Shown one piece after another: positions 1 to 9,745 of a stretch of DNA of 64,000 bases (position 1 is its first letter; the number at the start of each line of letters is the position of its first letter). The DNA is from an uncultured candidate division Zixibacteria bacterium (lineage in GTDB: Bacteria; Zixibacteria; MSB-5A5; GN15; FEB-12), in assembly GCA_963664195.1 (NCBI GenBank), contig OY760907.1, positions 448,001 through 512,000 on the forward strand, in the 5' to 3' direction. The position numbers were made by a program, and so were the translations under genes. The notes below the pieces were generated by a model that was given only the letters and a program-made list of their open reading frames with translations, did not search any database and was not told the origin of the DNA.

Positions 1-2
1 CC

Positions 3-1736
3 ACAAAGTTCAAAAAGGCTTTCCCGAAACATCCGCCGTATGAACAGCTCGAAGACACTGGCTGCGAGGGCTTGATCAAAGAAGTCGAAGCCGATGACAA
101 CATCACAATCCACACGTCCACCACGGTTAAAAAGACTGCCGGCCAGCCCGGTCAGTTTGCAGTCGACCTGGCGAACGGCAACGGCGGCAAAGAGCTGACG
201 GTCGGTTCTATCGTTCTGGCCACCGGTTGGAAACCGTACGATCCGGAAAAGCTGAGCCATCTAGGCTACGGTTCCTCGCCGGATATCGTCACGAATATCC
301 AGATGGAAGAAATGGTGCAGAACGGCGGTATCAAGCGGCCGTCGGACGGCAAGCCGATCGATAGCATCGCTTTCATCCAGTGTGCCGGCTCCCGCGATCA
401 GGATCATCTCCCTTACTGTTCCTCGGTCTGCTGCCGCGTTTCGCTGAAGCAGGCGATGTATGTCCGGGAGCAGTATCCGGACGCCAAGGTGTACGTGATC
501 TACAAAGACCTCCGCTCGCCGGCCCAGTACGAGAAGTTCTATGCGACCGTACAGAACGACGAAGGCTTCTTCTTCACCAAGGGCGAGATTGCTTCGGTCG
601 AAAAGACTGAAGACGGTAAGATTGCAGTCGATGTCGAAGAAACCCTGCTGGGCGAAGACATCCAGGTGAAAGCCGACATGGTTGTCCTGGCAACCGGTAT
701 GGTTCCCACAACGAAGGTCGAGGAGCTCGAGGCTCCGGCCGAAGGCGAAGAAGCTGCTGAGGGAGCCGAGGAAGCTGCCGGCGCAGGCGAAACCGCCGAT
801 GGCAAGAAAGAAGCCGAGAGCGCTCAGGTCGGGGCCAAGATTCTGAACCTGAGTTATCGTCAGGGTACGGACCTTCCGACTCTCAAGTACGGTTTCCCGG
901 ATTCTCACTTCATCTGTTTCCCGTACGAGACCCAGCGTACCGGCATCTATGCCGCCGGTTGTGTCAGGGCGCCGCAGGATATGGCAACGGCGATATCCGA
1001 CGCTCACGGTGCCGCGCTGAAGTCAATCCAGGCCGTGGAATCCATCTCCCAGGGCAAGGCGGTTCACCCGCGTGCCGGAGATTTGAGCTATCCGGAATTC
1101 TTCATGCAGAGATGCACCCAGTGCAAGCGCTGTACCGAGGAATGCCCGTTTGGCGCGCTCGACGAGGACGAGAAAGGCACACCGAAGCCAAACCTGCTCC
1201 GCTGCCGTCGCTGCGGCGTCTGCATGGGTGCCTGTCCGGAACGTATCGTCTCCTTCAAGAACTACGGCGTCAACATGATCTCCCAGATGATTAAGGTGAT
1301 CGACGTGCCGGACGAGTTCGAGGAGAAACCGAGGATTCTGGCTTTTGTGTGTGAAAACGACGCCTTGCCGTCGGTCGACATGGCCGGCATCAAGCGTTTG
1401 AAATACAATTCCATGGTTCGCATCATTCCGCTGCGCTGCCTCGGTTCGATGAACACGGTCTGGATCAGTGACGCTCTGGCGTCGGGATTCGACGGTGTCA
1501 TTCTGATCGGCTGCAAGAAAGGGGATGACTACCAGTGCCACTTCGTACGCGGCAGTGAGTTGGCCAGTTATCGAATGGACAATGTCCGCGAGAAGCTGAA
1601 ACAACTCGTGCTCGAAGAAGAGCGGGTGGAAATCCATGAACTGGCGATTACAGACTACCAGAAGATTCCGAAAATCTTCGATGACTTCCTGGAGGTCATG
1701 GATACAGTCGGTCCGAACCCGTACAAGGACATGTAA
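3..1736 (+). CDS. qmoB: QmoB (HdrA-like FAD/Fe-S domain fused to MvhD-like C-terminus); 5'-truncated by window edge
   Basis: Frame open from base 3. HdrA motif IQCAGSRD...YCSSVCC, ferredoxin CxxCxxC pairs (CTQCKRC, CRRCGVC), MvhD-like tail (CENDA, RCLGS, GCKKGDDYQCHF); QmoB-typical GFPDSHFICFPYET. Confidence 0.9.
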   Translation, partial: TKFKKAFPKHPPYEQLEDTGCEGLIKEVEADDNITIHTSTTVKKTAGQPGQFAVDLANGNGGKELTVGSIVLATGWKPYDPEKLSHLGYGSSPDIVTNIQMEEMVQNGGIKRPSDGKPIDSIAFIQCAGSRDQDHLPYCSSVCCRVSLKQAMYVREQYPDAKVYVIYKDLRSPAQYEKFYATVQNDEGFFFTKGEIASVEKTEDGKIAVDVEETLLGEDIQVKADMVVLATGMVPTTKVEELEAPAEGEEAAEGAEEAAGAGETADGKKEAESAQVGAKILNLSYRQGTDLPTLKYGFPDSHFICFPYETQRTGIYAAGCVRAPQDMATAISDAHGAALKSIQAVESISQGKAVHPRAGDLSYPEFFMQRCTQCKRCTEECPFGALDEDEKGTPKPNLLRCRRCGVCMGACPERIVSFKNYGVNMISQMIKVIDVPDEFEEKPRILAFVCENDALPSVDMAGIKRLKYNSMVRIIPLRCLGSMNTVWISDALASGFDGVILIGCKKGDDYQCHFVRGSELASYRMDNVREKLKQLVLEEERVEIHELAITDYQKIPKIFDDFLEVMDTVGPNPYKDM

Positions 1737-1762
1737 TCGACTGGTTAACAGTAGATTGTCTG

Positions 1763-1795
1763 AGAGGCCCCCGAATTCCGGGGGCCTCTTTTTTT
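1763..1795 (+). terminator. Rho-independent terminator after qmoB
   Basis: AGAGGCCCCCG-aattc-CGGGGGCCTCT followed by a T-run. Confidence 0.9.
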
Positions 1796-2178
1796 GACTG
1801 GCGATACATCTCGGATGGTCTCCCAGCGCTCACGGATAGACGCAGAATCGTGGCGTTGCTTCGTAGCGCAGGTCTGTCTTCATACCTGCGCCACTAATAG
1901 GGAAACTCTCTCGATTCATCACGAGGAAACGCCCCGAAACAGCTCGACAACGACCAGTCGATTCCATCCCGTCAAAATCTGGCATGAAACGGTATGATTA
2001 TACAATACTTTTTCGTATTCGTTTTGCGCCTATGGGGCGAATCGCACGCGAGTGAGGAGTTTAAGCGCACTGTAATGCACTGTATTTATTACACTTACGG
2101 AAGTGTGTGAAATAGTTGGACCGTTTGACGACATATTACGTAGAAAAGGGAGATAAAGAAAAATTTCACATTTTCCGC

Positions 2179-2207
2179 TTGACAGTGACGGCCAAAAGCG
2201 TTAGAAA
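2179..2207 (+). promoter_or_regulatory. Sigma70-like promoter of dsrAB operon
   Basis: TTGACA (2179-2184), 17 nt, TAGAAA in an AT-rich intergenic region. Confidence 0.55.
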
Positions 2208-2216
2208 TTATGGGGA

Positions 2217-2234
2217 TAGTGAAATTTGTAACTA
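2217..2234. promoter_or_regulatory. Rex-like operator upstream of dsrA
   Basis: TAGTGAAATTTGTAACTA, 18-bp imperfect palindrome resembling TTGTGAAnnnnTTCACAA, just downstream of the promoter. Confidence 0.6.
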
Positions 2235-2375
2235 AGTCGGTTGTAATAGGTAATTACCCGCTAATGAGGTCATTCTTTCGATGATTTCCCTCACTATCAT
2301 AGACTCTGAGCACGCCGAATCGGTCAAGTGTACAAATACGACTTATTTAAAGATATACCAGCAACTTAAGGAGAT

Positions 2376-3587
2376 ATGATGGCAGAATTCCCAAAAACTC
2401 CAATGCTTGACGAGCTCGAAAAAGGCAAATGGCCGAGCTTCGTCACGGAAATCAAAATGGCCGGCAAAGAGAACGCTATGTGTCGTGATCTTCTCGGTCA
2501 GTTGGAGCAGTCCTATCGCGAGAAGGTTGGTCACTGGAAGCACGGCGGTATCGTCGGTGTAATGGGTTACGGCGGCGGCGTTATCGGTCGTTACTCAGAC
2601 TTGAACGAAGAGTGGCCGGCTGTTTCCCATTTCCACACCCTCCGCGTTAACCAGCCGGCTGGTTGGTTTTACACCAGTGAAGCCCTCCGCAAACTCTGTA
2701 ACATTTGGGAAAAGCACGGTTCCGGCCTGACCAACATGCACGGTTCAACCGGCGACATCGTCTTCCTCGGCACGCGTACTGAAGAGCTGGAGCCGATTTT
2801 TGACGAGCTGATGAAGATCGACTTCGATCTTGGTGGATCCGGTTCCGACGTTCGCACCCCCAGCTGCTGCTGCGGTATGGCTCGTTGCGAATGGGCTTGT
2901 TATGACACCATGGCTGCCTGTCAGGACTTCACCATGAGCTATCAGGACGAGTTGCACCGTCCGGCCTTCCCGTACAAGTTCAAGTTCAAATTCTCGGGTT
3001 GTCCGAACGACTGTGTTGCCTCAATAGCCCGTTCTGACCTTTCTATCATCGGTACCTGGCGTGACGAGATCCAGATCGACAAGGCTGCCGTCAAGGAATA
3101 CGCCGACGGTGGCATGGACATCGTTGATGATGTAGTCGTCAACTGCCCCGGCAAGTGCATCAAGTGGGACGGTACGAATCTGGAAATCGACGACAGCTCC
3201 TGCCGTCACTGCATGCACTGCATCAACGTTATGCCGAAGGCACTTCGCCCCGGCAAAGACCGCGGTGCCACAATCCTGATCGGCGCCAAGGCTCCGATCG
3301 TTGAAGGCGCTTTGCTCGCCTCAGTGTTGATTCCGTTCATCAAGATGGAAGCTCCGTACCAGGAACTCAAAGACCTCGTTGAAAACATGTGGGATGTCTG
3401 GTGCGAAGAAGGTAAAAACCGTGAACGTATCGGCGAGTTTATCCAGCGCGTAGGCCTGGGTAATTTCCTGGATGCCATCGACATGGAGCCAGTCGCTGAG
3501 ATGGTCGCGCACCCGCGCGAGAATCCTTACATCTTCTACGAAGAGTACTTCGATGAAGACGGTGACGAGGAAGAAGAAGAAGAATAA
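2376..3587 (+). CDS. dsrA: Dissimilatory sulfite reductase alpha subunit
   Basis: [26 protein letters not shown], siroheme/Fe-S motif [11 protein letters not shown]...[23 protein letters not shown]. Confidence 0.98.
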   Translation: MMAEFPKTPMLDELEKGKWPSFVTEIKMAGKENAMCRDLLGQLEQSYREKVGHWKHGGIVGVMGYGGGVIGRYSDLNEEWPAVSHFHTLRVNQPAGWFYTSEALRKLCNIWEKHGSGLTNMHGSTGDIVFLGTRTEELEPIFDELMKIDFDLGGSGSDVRTPSCCCGMARCEWACYDTMAACQDFTMSYQDELHRPAFPYKFKFKFSGCPNDCVASIARSDLSIIGTWRDEIQIDKAAVKEYADGGMDIVDDVVVNCPGKCIKWDGTNLEIDDSSCRHCMHCINVMPKALRPGKDRGATILIGAKAPIVEGALLASVLIPFIKMEAPYQELKDLVENMWDVWCEEGKNRERIGEFIQRVGLGNFLDAIDMEPVAEMVAHPRENPYIFYEEYFDEDGDEEEEEE

Positions 3588-3628
3588 GTGATTCACGGAA
3601 AAACGAACATTATTAGAGGTATATAGAC

Positions 3629-4711
3629 ATGGCAGAAGCAAAACAGGAAAGACGGACCGATTTTGGCCCACCACATTATGAGCAGTTCTTGCCGCCGGTC
3701 ATCAAAGACAACTACGGCAAGTGGAAGTATCATGAGATCCTGAAACCGGGCGTTCTTTGTCACACTTCCGAAAGCGGCGCCAAGCTGTACTCGGTGCGTG
3801 CTGCGTCCGCGAGACTCCTGAGCATCCAGAAGATTCGCATGTACTGCGATCTGGCAGACAAGTACTGTGGCGGTCATCTTCGTTTCACGAGCCGTCACAA
3901 CGTCGAGTTCCTTACCGACAAGGCAGAGAACGTCGATCTGCTGATCAAAGACCTGGCTGCAATCGGCCACCCGGTCGGTGGTGTCGGCAATGCAATCTCC
4001 AGCATCGTTCATACGCAGGGCTGGGTTCACTGTCACTCTGCTGCGACCGATGCTTCCGGTGTCGTCAAGGCTACGATGGATGAGCTGAGCGAGTATTTTG
4101 AGAAGATGATACTGCCGGGCAAGCTGAGAATCGCTTTAGCCTGCTGCCTTAACATGTGCGGTGCGGTACACTGCTCGGATATCGCTATCCTGGGTATTCA
4201 CCGTCGCCCGCCGAAAATCGATCACGCCAAACTGAACAAGATCTGTGAAATCCCGAACCTGTCTGCCTCCTGCCCGACCGCGGCTATCCGCCCGGCCGAG
4301 GTTGATGGCAACCCGTCGGTTGAAGTCATAGAAGAACAGTGTATGTTCTGCGCCAACTGTTACACGGTTTGCCCGGCAATGCCGCTGGCCGACCCGCTTA
4401 ACGACGGCGTCTCGATCTGGATTGGTGGCAAGGTGTCCAACGCCCGCCACGAGCCCATGTTCTCCAAGCTGGCTATCCCGTTCATTGCGAACAACCCGCC
4501 GCGCTGGCCCGAAGTCACCGATGCTGTCAAGAATCTGGTGGAGCTCTGGGCTGCCAACGCCCGCAAGTACGAAAGAATGGGTGAGTGGATCGAGCGTATC
4601 GGTTGGCCGAAGTTCTTCAGAATGTCTGGAATCGAATTCCAGAAGGAACATATTGATGACTTCAAGCACGCCGGACTCACGTTTAAGCGTTCGACACATA
4701 TTACTTTCTAA
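3629..4711 (+). CDS. dsrB: Dissimilatory sulfite reductase beta subunit
   Basis: TDFGPPHY...[42 protein letters not shown]. Confidence 0.98.
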   Translation: MAEAKQERRTDFGPPHYEQFLPPVIKDNYGKWKYHEILKPGVLCHTSESGAKLYSVRAASARLLSIQKIRMYCDLADKYCGGHLRFTSRHNVEFLTDKAENVDLLIKDLAAIGHPVGGVGNAISSIVHTQGWVHCHSAATDASGVVKATMDELSEYFEKMILPGKLRIALACCLNMCGAVHCSDIAILGIHRRPPKIDHAKLNKICEIPNLSASCPTAAIRPAEVDGNPSVEVIEEQCMFCANCYTVCPAMPLADPLNDGVSIWIGGKVSNARHEPMFSKLAIPFIANNPPRWPEVTDAVKNLVELWAANARKYERMGEWIERIGWPKFFRMSGIEFQKEHIDDFKHAGLTFKRSTHITF

Positions 4712-4721
4712 GGGGTACGAT

Positions 4722-4967
4722 TTGGCAAAGACTCCAGAAGAAATCGCAGACGCCATCTTCACGATGGTCAAGGACGCCTACGGCGTCAAGAAGTACAAAC
4801 CCATGGACCTCACCAAAGCTATGGTTCAGATGTATGGTGATGACGTGGACAAAAAGACTTGCAAAGAAGCTATCAAATTGCTGGTCAACTCAGGAAGATG
4901 TGTTTACACATATTTCGGTGGTAGCTTCCTCGAAATCCCGCACAAAGAAGGTGCCGCTAACGACTAG
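4722..4967 (+). CDS. dsrD: DsrD (small winged-helix-type protein), TTG start
   Basis: 81-aa ORF directly after dsrB with RBS AAGGGG; K...AIKLLVNSGRCVYTYFGGSF resembles DsrD. The track ORF 4422 is over-extended. Confidence 0.8.
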   Translation: MAKTPEEIADAIFTMVKDAYGVKKYKPMDLTKAMVQMYGDDVDKKTCKEAIKLLVNSGRCVYTYFGGSFLEIPHKEGAAND

Positions 4968-4992
4968 AGGCAAGTCTAAAGGTATTGTCCAT

Positions 4993-6462
4993 ATGGGTAC
5001 TGAAATTCCCCGGCTGGTAATCGCCGGCTTATCGGGAGATTCAGGTAAGACAATAGTCAGTAGCTCCCTTCTGTCTGTTCTCAGGCAGAAGGGGGTTTCT
5101 ATGTCTGTATTCAAGAAAGGGCCGGACTATATTGACGCCGCCTGGCTTGCCGCCTTCGGCCGATCAGTTTGCCGCAATCTTGACACCTATATGGTCGATC
5201 CAGCAACTGTTTATGAGACCTTCGCTGTTCACGCCGCCCAATCCGACCTGGCCATTATCGAGGGCAATCGGGGGCTTTTCGACGGCCGTGATATCGAAGG
5301 CACCAACAGCACGGCCGAGCTGGCTAAGATGCTGAAAGCTCCGGTTGTGCTCGTCGTTGATACTACCAAGACCACACGCACTGTTGCAGCCATTGTTAAG
5401 GGCTGTGCGACTTTTGATCCTGATGTCGAAATCGCGGGTGTAATCCTGAACCGAGTCGCAGGAAAACGACACCAGCGAGTTGTGACCGAATCCATAGAAA
5501 AGTATTGCGACCTCCCTGTGTTGGGAGCGCTGCCCAAACTAGGCGCCAACAACCAGCTCATCCCCAGTCGGCACCTTGGATTGGTGACCCCGGCGGAATT
5601 CGGCGAGGATTCGGCACTCGACGCTCGCATGCGAGACATTGCCGAAAAATACCTCGACATCGACAGACTGCTGAAGATCGCACGTAGCGCGGAACTGCTC
5701 GAGGTTCCCCTGCAGAAAAAGCCGACCAAAACGGGACCGACAGTAAGAATTGGTTACTTCCGTGATCCGGTATTTACATTTTATTACCCGGAGAATCTCG
5801 AGGCCCTAGATGCACAGGGAGCCGAGCTGGTTCCGATCTCATCCCTGGATGACTCTTCCCTTCCTGCAATCGACGCCCTGTATATCGGCGGCGGATTCCC
5901 GGAAACGCATGCCGAACGGCTGGCCGGGAACCGTGCGATGATGCAGTCGGTGAAGGACGCCGCCGAGAACGACCTTCCGGTTTACGCCGAATGCGGCGGT
6001 TTGATATATCTGTCACGTTCGATTACTTGGGGCGCACGCACACACAAGATGGCCGGATTGTTCAGTATTGACCTGAAAATGAACAGCAAACCGGTCGGCC
6101 ACGGGTACACAAAGGCAAAAATTGATAGATCGAACCCGTTTTTCAGCGTCGGTAGTATTGTCAAAGGACATGAATTCCATTATTCTGGCAAAGTGACAGA
6201 AGAGACTGAAGAAGCAACTTGCATGAGTATGGAGACCGGCGTGGGACTTGGCGACAGCAGAGACGGGCTGATGTACAAAAACAGCTTGGCCTGTTATACG
6301 CATGTTCATGCCGACGGGGTTCGGGATTGGGCCGCAGCAATGGTTAACGCCGCACGGCGGTACCGCTCGGCTGAGGCCGGACAAGAGAATACGAAGTTTA
6401 GGAATACTGATAATACAGGGCACGAAACTGGCCCGGGTGATTTAGCTTTCGCCGGTGTGTGA
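4993..6462 (+). CDS. dsrN: DsrN, cobyrinate a,c-diamide synthase-like siroheme amidase
   Basis: IAGLSGDSGKT, FKKGPDYID, EGNRGLFDG, GATase YAECGG and GHEFHYS; position inside the dsr operon. Confidence 0.9.
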   Translation: MGTEIPRLVIAGLSGDSGKTIVSSSLLSVLRQKGVSMSVFKKGPDYIDAAWLAAFGRSVCRNLDTYMVDPATVYETFAVHAAQSDLAIIEGNRGLFDGRDIEGTNSTAELAKMLKAPVVLVVDTTKTTRTVAAIVKGCATFDPDVEIAGVILNRVAGKRHQRVVTESIEKYCDLPVLGALPKLGANNQLIPSRHLGLVTPAEFGEDSALDARMRDIAEKYLDIDRLLKIARSAELLEVPLQKKPTKTGPTVRIGYFRDPVFTFYYPENLEALDAQGAELVPISSLDDSSLPAIDALYIGGGFPETHAERLAGNRAMMQSVKDAAENDLPVYAECGGLIYLSRSITWGARTHKMAGLFSIDLKMNSKPVGHGYTKAKIDRSNPFFSVGSIVKGHEFHYSGKVTEETEEATCMSMETGVGLGDSRDGLMYKNSLACYTHVHADGVRDWAAAMVNAARRYRSAEAGQENTKFRNTDNTGHETGPGDLAFAGV

Positions 6463-6501
6463 CACTGAGAAGGCTGCACTTAACAGCAAGCGAGAAACAA
6501 C

Positions 6502-8187
6502 ATGGCAAAGGTTGTCAAGAAAAAGAAGAAGGGTCTGAAGAGCCTTCGAAGCTCGGGTGGCTCGAGCGTCGAAACTTCGCCGTTGAGACCGCAATGGGTG
6601 GAAAAACGACCTCCCTGTGGAGACAACTGCCCCAACCACAATCAAATCAGAAAGATGCTGGTGACGATCCAGAAGGCCGAAGCGTACGAAAAACCGTATG
6701 ACCAGGCTTTTGAAGAAGCGTTCCAGATTTTTGCCGAAACGACTCCCTTCCCCTCCGTTTGTGGCCGCATCTGTCCGCATCCGTGCGAAACAGAGTGCAA
6801 CCGCAAGGAGAAAGAAGGATCGGTCAGCATCAATAAGGTCGAGCGGTTCATCGGTGACTACGCCCTTGAAAAAGGGATTAAGCCGAAGAAACTCACCGAG
6901 GATGTGCGCTCCGAGAAAATCGCAGTCGTAGGTTCCGGCCCCGGCGGCATCTCCTGTGCCTATCATTTGGCTCGTCGAGGCTATCCCGTCACGGTATTCG
7001 AGGCTTTCCCGAAAACCGGCGGTATGCTCCGCTACGGCATCCCGAACTACCGTCTGCCGCAGAACATTCTTGATGCTGAAATCAAGCGCGTGGAGGACAT
7101 GGGAGTCGAGATCAAAGTCAACACTGCTGTTGGCACCGACATCTCCATGGACGACATACGCAAAGAGTACAAAGCGACATTCGTGTCCATCGGCGCCCAT
7201 AAGGGTCGGCTGCTTCGCATTGACGGCGAGGACGCCCCGAACGTCTGGACCGGCACCGACTTCCTACACAAGGTAAATGTCGGTGAAGCTGTCGAAGTCG
7301 GCGACAACGTAGTGGTCGTTGGTGGCGGTGACACTGCTATCGATGCCGCTCGCATGGCCCGTCGTCTCGGCGCCAACGCGACGATACTGTATCGTCGCAC
7401 GAAAGAAGAAATGCCGGCTATCGACGAGGAGATCACCGGCGCTGAAGAAGAGGGCGTCAAAATCGACTTCCTTGCCGCTCCGCTGGAGATATACTCCGAG
7501 AACGGCAAAGCGACCGGCATGAAGTGCCAGCGCATGGAACTCGGTGAGCCGGATTCGTCCGGACGTCGTCGGCCGGTACCGGTCGAAGGCGATACCTTTG
7601 ATCTGCCGTTCACGACTCTGATCGCCGCAATCTCCCAGGCCCCGAATTTCAATGGCTTTGAAGACATGATTGAAGGCAAGGACTGGTTCAAAGTCGACGA
7701 GACGATGAAGTCTGCCAAGGGCGAGGCTACATTCGCCGGCGGTGACGATATCAATCTCGGTCTTGTCATTGACGCGATCTATCACGGCCGTATGGCAGCC
7801 AACGGCATTCACCAGATGATTACCGGTGAAGAGATGCCGTTCCATCCGCCGGAAATGGGTATCATCAGGTTCGACAAGATGAAGTTGAGCCACTATGATG
7901 CCATCGAGCGGACCAAACCGGCAGAGATGGGTGTTGCGGAACGTCTGGCGGACAAGGACGCTGAAATCGTGGCCGTGTTGCCGCAGGAGGATGCGATCCA
8001 GGAGTCAAAACGCTGCATGAGCTGTGGTCACTGCTTCGACTGCGGCAACTGCTGGAGTTTCTGCCAGGATAACGCAGTCATCAAACCGCTGGTCAAGGGT
8101 GAACCCTACAAGTTCAAACTTGAATACTGCAACGGCTGTAAAAAGTGTGCGGAAAATTGCCCGTGCGGTTACATAGAAATGCATTAA
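6502..8187 (+). CDS. dsrL: DsrL (DsrL-2-like) NAD(P)H:acceptor iron-sulfur flavoprotein
   Basis: GltD-like core (CGRICPHPCETECNR, GSGPGG, GGGDTAID, YRR), C-terminal RCMSCGHCFDCGNCW and CNGCKKCAENCPCG ferredoxin; located between dsrN and dsrC. Confidence 0.88.
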   Translation: MAKVVKKKKKGLKSLRSSGGSSVETSPLRPQWVEKRPPCGDNCPNHNQIRKMLVTIQKAEAYEKPYDQAFEEAFQIFAETTPFPSVCGRICPHPCETECNRKEKEGSVSINKVERFIGDYALEKGIKPKKLTEDVRSEKIAVVGSGPGGISCAYHLARRGYPVTVFEAFPKTGGMLRYGIPNYRLPQNILDAEIKRVEDMGVEIKVNTAVGTDISMDDIRKEYKATFVSIGAHKGRLLRIDGEDAPNVWTGTDFLHKVNVGEAVEVGDNVVVVGGGDTAIDAARMARRLGANATILYRRTKEEMPAIDEEITGAEEEGVKIDFLAAPLEIYSENGKATGMKCQRMELGEPDSSGRRRPVPVEGDTFDLPFTTLIAAISQAPNFNGFEDMIEGKDWFKVDETMKSAKGEATFAGGDDINLGLVIDAIYHGRMAANGIHQMITGEEMPFHPPEMGIIRFDKMKLSHYDAIERTKPAEMGVAERLADKDAEIVAVLPQEDAIQESKRCMSCGHCFDCGNCWSFCQDNAVIKPLVKGEPYKFKLEYCNGCKKCAENCPCGYIEMH

Positions 8188-8245
8188 CGTAAGATTTGCG
8201 ATAACAATACTAACTGACACTTAGTAACAAAACGAAGGAGCTGAC

Positions 8246-8563
8246 ATGGCTATATTCGAAAAAGGCGACATCAAAATCGATGTCGATGAAGATGGATTCA
8301 TGGAAGAGCCGGAACAGTGGTCCGAGGCCGTTGCTATTGCCCTCGCCACTACTGAAGGCGTCGAAGAGATGACCGAAGAACATTGGAAACTGGTCAACTA
8401 TCTTCGGGAATACTACACCAAGTTTGGTATTGCCCCGATGATCCGCAAGCTGTGCAAAGAGACCGGCTTCCCGCTGAAGAAGGTCTACGAACTGTTCCCG
8501 TCAGGCCCGGCGAAAGGTGCCTGTAAGGTTGCTGGTCTGGCCAAGCCGACCGGTTGCGTGTAA
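8246..8563 (+). CDS. dsrC: DsrC sulfur carrier
   Basis: DEDGF...LFPSGPAKGACKVAGLAKPTGCV with both C-terminal Cys. Confidence 0.97.
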   Translation: MAIFEKGDIKIDVDEDGFMEEPEQWSEAVAIALATTEGVEEMTEEHWKLVNYLREYYTKFGIAPMIRKLCKETGFPLKKVYELFPSGPAKGACKVAGLAKPTGCV

Positions 8564-8588
8564 GCAACGAGATCGACTAGCAGAACAT

Positions 8589-8622
8589 CCGGAGAGACAC
8601 AGGTCTCTCCGGTTTTTTTTTT
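8589..8622 (+). terminator. Rho-independent terminator after dsrC
   Basis: CCGGAGAGAC-acag-GTCTCTCCGG plus T10. Confidence 0.92.
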
Positions 8623-9059
8623 GATACCCCGGAATGAGGGCGGCAGTTCAGAAGGTCAGTCCCGTCTTCGGGGCTGACGATCACGACCCACTCTCCCCCT
8701 CGACGCAAACTCCCGCTTTGAGCGGGCGCACTATCGTGTGCCGCGCACGCGACTCTTCCCTCTTCGCGGGCACACTCCCACGTACCGCGCACGTGATGCT
8801 GCGCTACGAAGAAAGAAACTCCCCTGCGTACGGAAACGCCTTCGAGAAGAGACCCCACAAACACCAGATTCAGCCCCCGATCAACGCCCGTAATACAGGG
8901 TATTACGGAGAAGAGTGCCCACGGCATCCCCCGGGGTCGATTTGCATCTGGCACAATTCGCAGTCCACACACCTAAGAAGCGACTCGACAGACACTTACC
9001 ATAGTCTCTTGCGTACTGCTGATCCGGGCCGAATGCGGGTGAAAAAAACAACATTCCTC

Positions 9060-9088
9060 TTGAGTAATACAAACGGATTTATTATGTT
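9060..9088 (+). promoter_or_regulatory. Sigma70-like promoter of dsrTMKJOP
   Basis: TTGAGT-17 nt-TATGTT. Confidence 0.5.
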
Positions 9089-9102
9089 TCGCGAAGTTAA
9101 GA

Positions 9103-9120
9103 TTGTGAAAATTTTAACGA
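9103..9120. promoter_or_regulatory. Rex-like operator upstream of dsrT
   Basis: TTGTGAAAATTTTAACGA; perfect left half-site, just downstream of the -10. Confidence 0.65.
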
Positions 9121-9176
9121 GTGACGGGTTCCACAACAGTGATGATAGCGTTCCCCTTAGTGTGTGTTGGGGCACA

Positions 9177-9710
9177 ATGCTGACCGACGTGCTTACACAA
9201 CAGCGCGATACCATTTGTGAAAAATGGGTCGAGCGTATTTTTGCGGCCTATCCTCCGGTTACGGCCAAATTTCTTAGCAACAAGAAAGACCAGTTTTCGA
9301 ATCCTGTCGGACATACCATCCGCATGGAAACAAGAGTGCTCTTTGATGCGCTTCTCGACGGAGTCGAGCCGGAAGTACTGAAGACGTCGTTGGATAACAT
9401 CGTCAAGATTCGTACGGTGCAGGACTTCACTGCCGCCCAGGCCGGATCATTTGTCTTTTTGTTGAAGAACGTACTGCGCGAGGAACTCGTAGATCAATTA
9501 GGTGATCGAACGGCAGTCGACGATCTTCTTGCTTTTGAGTCCAAGATCGACGGTCTGGCGCTAATGGCTTTTGACCATTACGTGCACAATAAAGTAAGCA
9601 TATACGAAATCAGGGCACGGGAGGCCAAACGGAAATCCGAGATGCTGATTAAGCAGGTCAACCGGATTTACGATGGGCAGCCGCTCCCGGATGATAAGCA
9701 GGAAAGTTAA
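9177..9710 (+). CDS. dsrT: DsrT (RsbRD N-terminal-like)
   Basis: W..RIFAAYP...KDQFSNPVG...IVKIRTVQDF...IDGLALMAFD; directly upstream of dsrM. ATG 9177 preferred over track start 8634. Confidence 0.88.
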   Translation: MLTDVLTQQRDTICEKWVERIFAAYPPVTAKFLSNKKDQFSNPVGHTIRMETRVLFDALLDGVEPEVLKTSLDNIVKIRTVQDFTAAQAGSFVFLLKNVLREELVDQLGDRTAVDDLLAFESKIDGLALMAFDHYVHNKVSIYEIRAREAKRKSEMLIKQVNRIYDGQPLPDDKQES

Positions 9711-9745
9711 GCATACATGAGCAATAGACAGGGAGGAATTGGTAC

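Noticed and set aside
4422..4721. Extended DsrD ORF overlapping dsrB
   Set aside because: Shadow frame; RBS and similarity support TTG 4722.
8634..9176. N-terminal extension of DsrT (track ORF of 358 aa)
   Set aside because: It spans a promoter and operator and is not protein-like; DsrT similarity starts at ATG 9177.
9214..9231. Extra TTGTGAAA half-sites (inside dsrT and at about 23839)
   Set aside because: No matching right half-site; coding or terminator context.
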